A stretch of 64,000 nucleotides of DNA from a virus (lineage: Duplodnaviria > Caudoviricetes). Where the stretch lies: the IMG/VR virus record IMGVR_UViG_3300021963_000022, one strand, 5' to 3'. This document shows positions 18,908 to 26,934 of this stretch, piece by piece (the stretch's first letter is position 1; every line of letters begins with the position of its first letter). Under the pieces are notes generated by a model. The model worked only from the letters and a program-made list of their open reading frames with translations. It made no database searches and was not told where the DNA came from. The translations under genes were made by a program, and so were the position numbers.

Positions 18908-19864
18908 ATGGCAACAAAGAAAACAACTAAATCATTAAAAGACGCTAAATCAGAAGCAAAGACCGTACCCATTGAAAAAGTACAAGAAATTGCTGAACAG
19001 GCAGCACAGCAGCAACCAGCTGGCAATCAAGTACAAGTTAATGTAGATTATCTACGCACAACAAGGGTACATATTGCAATGCCATGTTATGGTGGTATGC
19101 TAACAGAATCAACATTCATGTCATTCATTAAGTGGGCAAATACAGCCCGTCAACTTGGTATTGATTGGACACTAGAAACAATGGTTAATGAGTCATTGAT
19201 TTCACGTGCAAGAAATACATTAACTGCTAAGTTTTTAGAACAAAAAGATTCAACTCATTTGTTTTTTGTTGACGCAGACATTGGATGGGAACCATGGCAT
19301 TTACTAGTTCTATTGAACCGTGATGTTGATGTTATCGGTGGACTATATCCAATGAAGACAATGCCAATCAAGTGGGTTGTTAATGGATTTGAAGGTGCCG
19401 AAGAAGGTGCCGACGGATTACAAGAAGTATCTAAAGCAGGTACAGGTTTCTTGTTAATGAAACGTCATGTATTTGAAAAATTAAAAGCACACCCAGCTGT
19501 CAAACAATACAAGAACGACATTGGGCTAGATCCAAAGTATGACCAACACTTAAAAACATATTTTGATACAGCAGTTCGTCAGAATCGCTATTATAGTGAA
19601 GATTGGACATTCTGTGAAAACTGGCGTGATTTAGGTGGTAAAATCTGGATTGACAAACGTGTATTACTACGTCACTCCGGATCATATGTATTCTGTATGG
19701 AAAATCAACAGCATTTAATGGACACAATTGGTCCAATGTATGTACAAGAATTACAGAAAAAACAACAACCTTCAGTAGCGACTCCAGTTGATACACAACC
19801 TGAAATTGTGCCAACATCTGCCCCTGCTATTAAAAAAGCGGCAGCAAGAAAGAAAAAAGTTTAA
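18908..19864 (+). CDS. GT-A fold (family 2-like) glycosyltransferase
   Basis: HIAMPCY, ESLISRARN, FFVDADI (DxD), AGTGFLLM, YSEDWTFC, LRHSG. Confidence 0.75.
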   Translation: MATKKTTKSLKDAKSEAKTVPIEKVQEIAEQAAQQQPAGNQVQVNVDYLRTTRVHIAMPCYGGMLTESTFMSFIKWANTARQLGIDWTLETMVNESLISRARNTLTAKFLEQKDSTHLFFVDADIGWEPWHLLVLLNRDVDVIGGLYPMKTMPIKWVVNGFEGAEEGADGLQEVSKAGTGFLLMKRHVFEKLKAHPAVKQYKNDIGLDPKYDQHLKTYFDTAVRQNRYYSEDWTFCENWRDLGGKIWIDKRVLLRHSGSYVFCMENQQHLMDTIGPMYVQELQKKQQPSVATPVDTQPEIVPTSAPAIKKAAARKKKV

Positions 19865-19883
19865 TATAAACTAATCTTAGCAC

Positions 19884-19909
19884 AAACGGCTGGCATCTGT
19901 CAGCCGTTT
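19884..19909. terminator. GC-rich hairpin, probable terminator or processing site
   Basis: AAACGGCTG...CAGCCGTTT after the stop at 19864; the U-tract is short. Confidence 0.5.
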
Positions 19910-19920
19910 CCATATTTACG

Positions 19921-19928
19921 AATAAATA
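19921..19928 (+). promoter_or_regulatory. T4-late-like promoter AATAAATA
   Basis: 4 nt before ATG 19933, no SD. Confidence 0.5.
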
Positions 19929-19932
19929 CTAT

Positions 19933-21375
19933 ATGCAGTTAAACGAACTAGATAATTTCAGCCTCAGCGATGCGGTCTTCTTTCATGACGAGTTAAATCC
20001 CGCTATATTTGCCGGTGACCATATGAAATACGATGTTAGAGAACAACTATTACATATTGCTGAAGACTTTGTAGAACATCTTGGCATACCGAATATAGAC
20101 ATAGTAGACATTACTATATCAGGTAGTAGTGCAGCCTATTCGTATACAAAATACAGCGATATTGACCTACATATTCTAGTTGACATGAACAAATTCTCCG
20201 ATGATGATGTATATCGTGAACTATTTGATGCTAAAAAAGTCGTATATAATGACCAACACGATATTGTTATTAACGGATATGAAGTAGAGTTATACGTACA
20301 AGATACAAATCAGCCTGTAATTAGTTTAGGTGAGTATTCAGTAATGAATGACAAGTGGATCAAACTTCCTAGAAAACGTAGAGCACATTTAGATCAGGCT
20401 GCTACTAAAGCCAAGTTTGAGAAGTTATATAAGTTATCAGAATATGCTGTAAAATCTAAAAATTTAGAAAAGATAAGACAAGTATTAAAGACAATTAAGA
20501 AGTATAGACAAGCAGGATTAGATGTTCATGGGGAGTTTGGTCCTGAGAATTTAGCATTTAAAGCAATACGTAGTAAAGGTATAATAAAGCATCTATATAA
20601 TATGGTAGATGAATTGCATAGTAAACAGTTAAGCATACCTGAGAGTAAATTGTTAGGTCAACTAGATGAAATCATTGACATGCCTCCAGTAAAAAAACGA
20701 TTGGATATAGAATCAATGTATAATGATTTACAGTACAAAATTAGATACCATGAAGCCAGTGAATTAACTTCAATAAAATTTTCAATGAAAAATCGTGTAT
20801 TTCGTGATGGAGATCATGGATTAAAATTTTTCTTATTTAATAAAGATAAACCAGTCTTTTATCTTGGTATAAGTAAATTCCATGATGGATTTAAAACAGG
20901 TGCGGTTGCTAGTAGTCCTGAAGTACAGGGTCAGGGTTTAGGTTGGAAATTATATAAAGCTGTTAGTGAGTATCTAAATGTACCGTTATATAGTGACAGC
21001 ACACAAACACCTGACAGTAAGAACGGCATTTGGCAGAAATTGATTCAAAATTATCCTAAGCAAGTTATAGGATATAATCAAATATTGCGTAGAAATGTTC
21101 CTATTAATAACATATATCAAACATTGCCTCAAGATCAATTAAAAGATATAGAGGATGATACTAGAAAAAATACATTATTATTAAAGTTATTGCCCATAGC
21201 AGTAACAGATATGTATGAGGCATCAGGTTATATCCCTAGTGAAGGTGAAAAGAACGACCCTAGATGGGAACGTGCATTAAGTATAGATGTGCATCCAGAT
21301 ACAATGAAAAAGCAGGCTAAGAAATTCGGTTGGAAGATTAGTCGTGCCGGAATTCCCCCATTGCTAAGAAAATAA
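19933..21375 (+). CDS. Mosaic protein: Pol-beta-superfamily nucleotidyltransferase + GNAT-like module + short C-terminal module
   Basis: ITISGSSAAY...SDIDLHILVD (GS/DxD); SPEVQGQGLGWKLY (acetyl-CoA motif A); junctions GQLDE|I and DMYE|A. Confidence 0.7.
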   Translation: MQLNELDNFSLSDAVFFHDELNPAIFAGDHMKYDVREQLLHIAEDFVEHLGIPNIDIVDITISGSSAAYSYTKYSDIDLHILVDMNKFSDDDVYRELFDAKKVVYNDQHDIVINGYEVELYVQDTNQPVISLGEYSVMNDKWIKLPRKRRAHLDQAATKAKFEKLYKLSEYAVKSKNLEKIRQVLKTIKKYRQAGLDVHGEFGPENLAFKAIRSKGIIKHLYNMVDELHSKQLSIPESKLLGQLDEIIDMPPVKKRLDIESMYNDLQYKIRYHEASELTSIKFSMKNRVFRDGDHGLKFFLFNKDKPVFYLGISKFHDGFKTGAVASSPEVQGQGLGWKLYKAVSEYLNVPLYSDSTQTPDSKNGIWQKLIQNYPKQVIGYNQILRRNVPINNIYQTLPQDQLKDIEDDTRKNTLLLKLLPIAVTDMYEASGYIPSEGEKNDPRWERALSIDVHPDTMKKQAKKFGWKISRAGIPPLLRK

Positions 21376-21387
21376 GGACAATAAGAA

Positions 21388-24300
21388 ATGGCAACGTCAA
21401 ATCAAAAACCAGTAAAAACAGTTACAATCAACTATGTTGATCCTGCTCCTGGACAATCCACTCAATTAGAAATTATTAATGACCCGGGCGGTAACGTAGG
21501 TGAAGTGCAATTTAATGCAAAAGGTGGCCTCTTCGGAGGATCTAATGCCTTTGTATGGAACAATACTACTAGCAATTTAGGAGTTCGTGGTAACCTCAGT
21601 GTTACGGGTAATATTTATGGAAATATAAGTGCTAGCTCTACAAACTTAAAAATTAAAGGTGGGGTGTCAGGTGACGTTTTAGTTACTGACGGTACTGGTA
21701 ATTTAACTTGGACAAGTCTTCAAGATGCAGGTGGTTACGGTAACAGTGAAGTTGCTAACTATCTACCTACATTTGAAGGTGAGTTATCTGCAGGTAATGC
21801 TGATTTAGGTAATGCGGTTACTGCAAATTACTTTATTGGTAATTTTTATGGTACAGCAAATCTAGCTACATTTGCAACAACTGCAAACGGTGTTGCGGCT
21901 GCAAACGTTTCAGGTCTGGGTAATATAGCTACACTTAACTTAGATGGTAGTAATAACAATGTGTTGTACGGCAACGGAGTGTTTGCTTCAATACCCTCAG
22001 GTGCTAATACAGGTAATGTTACATTTAATGACATTAGTATTATTGGCACTAGCAACTTAAAGTTACAACCTGATTCTGCTAATAGTAGTGCTTATTTAGA
22101 TATCTATCTAACCAGTGGTCCAGACATTCATATTGCTGGAAACGGTGAAACTGTTATTCTTGGAACTGATGACTATGCAAATGTCGCCGTCAATATTGAT
22201 GGTAATGTGTCTATACAAGCCGGTGATGCCAATGGAACACAAACTTGGAACTTTGGTACAGATGGTAATACTACCATCCCAGGTTTTATCACATCAAACA
22301 ATACAATAACTATTGACAATCAAAATTCAGGTAATTCAGCAGATATCAACATTTATTCAGCAGATAATATTTTACTACAAGGTAAAGATATGCCTGTAGG
22401 GGCTGATGCTGAAGGCGGTGATATCAACATCTATGGTGGTGATGGTAGCCCAGATGATGGTACAGACACATCAGGCACTGGTGGAGATATACATATCTCC
22501 GCTGGTGTGGGTGGATATGCTAATACATTTAGTGCATCAGGCGGCGGTACTATGCGACTAAGAGGTGGGGGCGGTGGTGATGCAAGTGTCACATCACAAG
22601 CAGGTAACGGTGGCTATATTGAAATTACTGGGGGGTATGCCGGCAGTGATGGTGGAAACACAGCATTAGGTGCTGCCGGCGGATATGTTGAAATTATTGC
22701 TGGCGGTAGTACTCAAGAAGGAATCAATGGGGCTAGTGTTACTATCTCTTCAGGGGTAAGTGGTCCTAATGCACTAGCAGGTTCTGTAGAAATCTCTACG
22801 CCAATAAGTGCTAATGGACCAGGCGGTACTTGGACATTTGACGGTAACGGTATATTAACATTACCAGATGGGGCAATCATTGATACTATAGGTAATAACT
22901 TTGAAGTTCGTGCAATTGAGAATGTAAACTTTGAAGCAAATGCTGTTGTTAACATTTATACTGATGGATCAAACAATGCTTATCAATGGCAGTTTGATGC
23001 AGACGGTAATTTAACATTACCACGTGGTGGTATGATCTATGAAACTAACATTCCAGGTGGTGTATTAAGCGGCAATACTATTGTTCTAAAACCACAGGGC
23101 GGAACCAATGCTGACCAACAGTTACTTGTTTATCCAACAGCAATTGGTTCTGACTTCAATCACTTACATATGACCTCAGGTAATTTGTACAATACTGAAC
23201 TATTCTTAGGTAATGATGACTTTTATATTAAGCTAGCAAACACCGGTAATGTTGTTATCAATAGTAATGATGGCACTGGCAATACTGCACAGTGGACCTT
23301 TGGCAGTAATAGCAACTTTACGTTACCTGGCGGTAGTTTAATCGATGACACACCAACCGGTGTGCAAATATCCGGAGCGGGACAGACCGCTGTTAATCGT
23401 TTTTATACAAAAGTAAGCAACACCTTATATGAAGCTGTAGATGCAGGCGTTACCTATAGACTAATAGATCAAGGCATTTGGAGTCTTGATGTGGTAGGTG
23501 AGAGCAATCCTCGATATACTTCCGCTGATCTCATAACTTGGGCCGATACTGGAGGCGGCCTTCCTGCTCCAACTGGCACAATAATCAACGGATCAGCCAA
23601 TATCACAGTAAGCGGAAATACTTGGACCTTTAACTCAAATGGTAACTTAACAGTTCCGGGTAGTTTGATTAATGATACGTCAATGGTTCTATCGGCGCCA
23701 GCTGTCTTCAACATCTGCACTATATCTAATGCTGGTAGTGGATATAACACTGGAAGCAGTTTGAAGGCAACTACTGGTGGTTCAGGCACAGGAATGACAG
23801 TAGGCATAGGCTACGGACTGAGCGACCAATTAACAAGTGTCACTGTAGTAGATCCAGGAACAGGCTATGTTAATGGTGATGTGATTACCGTGTCTGAAGG
23901 CACTGGTGGAACATTTGTAATAACCAAATATAATCAATTAGCCAATCAAACTAATAATAATACTGTTCAAACTAATCTTACATTTGCTGATAATACATTA
24001 ACACTACCAACATACGGTGAAATTATTGCTCCCGGCAATATTACAGCAAACAATATTGGTAACATTACACCAATAAACTTAGATGGTAGTTCAAGTAATG
24101 TGTTGTATGGTAATGGTGTGTTTGCTCCTCAGACAGGTGGCGGAGGTGGTGGCGCCGCAATAAGCAATGGCACAAGTTATGCTAATGTTGTATCAAGTGA
24201 CGGCAATGTAGTAATCGGCGTAGATAGCAATAATATGACATGGACATTTGCTACTGACCGTAAGATTTATGGTAAGTTAGATGAAGATGTTACTATCGTA

Positions 24301-25479
24301 GCAGTTGATGATGGCAATGATTCCAGTGTGCGTCAACAAATTGTAGATGACAATCTTGATGCCTTATCACAAACAAGGCTTGAGCCTGGTGATTTTTATA
24401 TTCAGTTTGACCTTGATAGCGGAGGAAATTCTTGGCGCTTTGACAACGGTAGTCTAAGACCACCAGAAGGCGGTGCGTTTGAGCAGTTTGACGGCAATAT
24501 CAGAATGTATGCTATGAATGCAGGTAGTAATCCTGTAGCAAGTTTACAGTCAGTCAGCAATCAGAACGATCCTAACATCTTTACTACTATTGATGCAACA
24601 ACTACTGGGGCTAACATCAGTGTATATAACGGTGGTTCAAACGGTGGCACTGGATATACTTGGCAGTTTGCTAACGACGGTAGTTTAACATTACCAGCAA
24701 ATACGTTTGCTATTAATTACGCTAACGGCACACAAGTATCATTGGGTAGCGGTAGTAGTTCAAATATTAGTAACGGTAATAGTAATGTTAATATAGCAAC
24801 CGCAAACGGTAATGTAACTATTTCCTCTGCCGGTAATACAACGATGACTATTACTGGTACAGGAGCAAATATCACCGGTACACTAAATGTCACTGGTAAT
24901 ATTTCAACATCAACTGGTACATTTGTGGGTAACGGTGCTGGCTTAACTAACGTTACAGTTAATGCCGCAGGTAACATTCAAGGTACAAGTAGCAATGTTT
25001 CATTAGTTGCTGGTAGCTATACAATGACCTTTGACAACACTGGTAACTTGACTTTACCCGGCAACACATTCTCTGTAAACTATGCCAATAACACACCGGT
25101 GAATGTGGTCACTAAGTTTGAGAGTTCCTGGACAGTGCCTGTGGGCAACAGCACTCAAAGTTTCACAGTGGGTGCCAACGAGACCTACTACATGTGGGTT
25201 GATTGCAATATACCCAATGGTATCTTGACTTGGAACGCTACGGCTACTGTTACCAACACCAATGTGCCTGTTGTGGGTGCTCAGTATGCCTGGGTCTACA
25301 ACGGTGGTGGAACACCTATTGATTTTACCAGCATACCCAATCAGTTTATAGGCACCTCAAACACCATAGTTCGTAGCAATGTGGCGCCCAGTTCAACTAC
25401 CAATAGATTTGACTTTGGCATCAACAACACCAGCGGCGGCAATGTCACTGTGCGTTACGGTTGGATCGTAATCAGTTAA
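21388..25479 (+). CDS. Long tail fibre / adhesin-like protein
   Basis: 1363 aa, Gly/Asn/Thr-rich, with a recurring WxFxxxGxLTLP motif. Confidence 0.75.
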   Translation: MATSNQKPVKTVTINYVDPAPGQSTQLEIINDPGGNVGEVQFNAKGGLFGGSNAFVWNNTTSNLGVRGNLSVTGNIYGNISASSTNLKIKGGVSGDVLVTDGTGNLTWTSLQDAGGYGNSEVANYLPTFEGELSAGNADLGNAVTANYFIGNFYGTANLATFATTANGVAAANVSGLGNIATLNLDGSNNNVLYGNGVFASIPSGANTGNVTFNDISIIGTSNLKLQPDSANSSAYLDIYLTSGPDIHIAGNGETVILGTDDYANVAVNIDGNVSIQAGDANGTQTWNFGTDGNTTIPGFITSNNTITIDNQNSGNSADINIYSADNILLQGKDMPVGADAEGGDINIYGGDGSPDDGTDTSGTGGDIHISAGVGGYANTFSASGGGTMRLRGGGGGDASVTSQAGNGGYIEITGGYAGSDGGNTALGAAGGYVEIIAGGSTQEGINGASVTISSGVSGPNALAGSVEISTPISANGPGGTWTFDGNGILTLPDGAIIDTIGNNFEVRAIENVNFEANAVVNIYTDGSNNAYQWQFDADGNLTLPRGGMIYETNIPGGVLSGNTIVLKPQGGTNADQQLLVYPTAIGSDFNHLHMTSGNLYNTELFLGNDDFYIKLANTGNVVINSNDGTGNTAQWTFGSNSNFTLPGGSLIDDTPTGVQISGAGQTAVNRFYTKVSNTLYEAVDAGVTYRLIDQGIWSLDVVGESNPRYTSADLITWADTGGGLPAPTGTIINGSANITVSGNTWTFNSNGNLTVPGSLINDTSMVLSAPAVFNICTISNAGSGYNTGSSLKATTGGSGTGMTVGIGYGLSDQLTSVTVVDPGTGYVNGDVITVSEGTGGTFVITKYNQLANQTNNNTVQTNLTFADNTLTLPTYGEIIAPGNITANNIGNITPINLDGSSSNVLYGNGVFAPQTGGGGGGAAISNGTSYANVVSSDGNVVIGVDSNNMTWTFATDRKIYGKLDEDVTIVAVDDGNDSSVRQQIVDDNLDALSQTRLEPGDFYIQFDLDSGGNSWRFDNGSLRPPEGGAFEQFDGNIRMYAMNAGSNPVASLQSVSNQNDPNIFTTIDATTTGANISVYNGGSNGGTGYTWQFANDGSLTLPANTFAINYANGTQVSLGSGSSSNISNGNSNVNIATANGNVTISSAGNTTMTITGTGANITGTLNVTGNISTSTGTFVGNGAGLTNVTVNAAGNIQGTSSNVSLVAGSYTMTFDNTGNLTLPGNTFSVNYANNTPVNVVTKFESSWTVPVGNSTQSFTVGANETYYMWVDCNIPNGILTWNATATVTNTNVPVVGAQYAWVYNGGGTPIDFTSIPNQFIGTSNTIVRSNVAPSSTTNRFDFGINNTSGGNVTVRYGWIVIS

Positions 25480-25489
25480 TGGATCAACT

Positions 25490-26875
25490 ATGATAATACA
25501 AGGTGTAACACTTAACGGCATATCAGCATACGATTCATCGTTTAACTCAAACGGTGCATTACTATACTTAGACGCAGGCAATACAGCCAGTTATCCTGGC
25601 TCAGGAACAACCTGGACAGACCTTAGCACTTATGAAAACAATGCTACCTTAATTAATAGCCCAACTTTTACTAATGCCGACACTGCTAGTTACTTTACTT
25701 TTAATGGCACTAATCAATATGCCCCGGTGACACAATCTAAATTCAATGTAACCTACACAGGTAAGACTACACTATTTTCTATTAAGACTATTAATGCTAA
25801 TACCGGTAATCTAATTTATCGTTGCTTGTTTGGCGGAGATAACCTTCGTAACTTCAATACCTATATGTATCATGTTTCAGGAAGTACTTGGCAAATACAT
25901 TTTAGTTCTAATGGTCAGGGTAGTATTTCTAATTCTTTTACAATAACAGATAATCAGTGGGTGGTTATAGCTGTTACACAAACTACCGGCGGTGTATTGA
26001 CTTATTATGTCAATGGACAACAGCTAGGGTCAGCACAAACTGGCGTAACATTTTCACAATATCTAAGTGGTGGAGTAGAAGCGGTAGCTAAGGCAGACAA
26101 CTATTGGAATGGTTCTATGGGAGTATGTGCTGTATATGGTAGAGCATTGAATGCCAATGAGATACAACAAAACTACAATGCACTATCTGCTAGATATTCT
26201 CCAGTGACTAATAACTTAGTTGCTTATTATAACCCTGACTTGACCAGTAGTTATCCAGGGACAGGAACTACATTATTTGATATTTCTGGCAACGGATTAA
26301 ATGGTACAATGAGTAACATCACTTACACCGATCCGTACTTTACGTATAACGGGACAAATAGTCAGGTTACTATACCCGACAATGCATTATTAGAACCTGG
26401 ATCTGGAAGTTGGACTATGGAAGCGTGGGTTTATCTTAGCAATACAGGTGCAGGAACTAAAACTATTCTAGGTAAATTTGATCCAGGTGGTAACTCACAA
26501 GATGTATCCTATTCTATGCGTATAAGCACAGCCAATGCGTTTGCTCAGATTGGTGACGGTACCGGTGCATACGTTGACAGTACATTATATACTTTAACAA
26601 TCAATACATGGACACAGATTGTTTATGTTTGGACAAACGGTGCTACTAAAACACTACAAACTTACATCAATGGTGCCAGCATAGGTTCTGTCAATCATAC
26701 TCTAAACAGCATATTAAATACACCATCTAACCTATATCTAGGATCATACAACGGTGGCGAGTACGCTCAGTGGATGAATGGTAGAATAGGTATAACTAGA
26801 CTGTATAATGCCGCACTCACTGCGTCTCAAGTATTACAGAATTACAACGCTAATAGATCAACTTACGGGATATAA
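25490..26875 (+). CDS. Tandem LamG/concanavalin A-like lectin domain protein (virion-associated)
   Basis: Two similar ~220-aa halves (YLDAGNTASYPGSGTTWTDLS / YYNPDLTSSYPGTGTTLFDIS ... YGRALNANEIQQNYNA / YNAALTASQVLQNYNA). Confidence 0.8.
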   Translation: MIIQGVTLNGISAYDSSFNSNGALLYLDAGNTASYPGSGTTWTDLSTYENNATLINSPTFTNADTASYFTFNGTNQYAPVTQSKFNVTYTGKTTLFSIKTINANTGNLIYRCLFGGDNLRNFNTYMYHVSGSTWQIHFSSNGQGSISNSFTITDNQWVVIAVTQTTGGVLTYYVNGQQLGSAQTGVTFSQYLSGGVEAVAKADNYWNGSMGVCAVYGRALNANEIQQNYNALSARYSPVTNNLVAYYNPDLTSSYPGTGTTLFDISGNGLNGTMSNITYTDPYFTYNGTNSQVTIPDNALLEPGSGSWTMEAWVYLSNTGAGTKTILGKFDPGGNSQDVSYSMRISTANAFAQIGDGTGAYVDSTLYTLTINTWTQIVYVWTNGATKTLQTYINGASIGSVNHTLNSILNTPSNLYLGSYNGGEYAQWMNGRIGITRLYNAALTASQVLQNYNANRSTYGI

Positions 26876-26903
26876 TCCAGGATTTTGAGATACGTTAAAT
26901 TTT

Positions 26904-26911
26904 GATAAATA
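26904..26911 (+). promoter_or_regulatory. T4-late-like promoter GATAAATA
   Basis: Intergenic, upstream of ATG 26935. Confidence 0.55.
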
Positions 26912-26934
26912 TATAATATATTGGAAAATATGTT

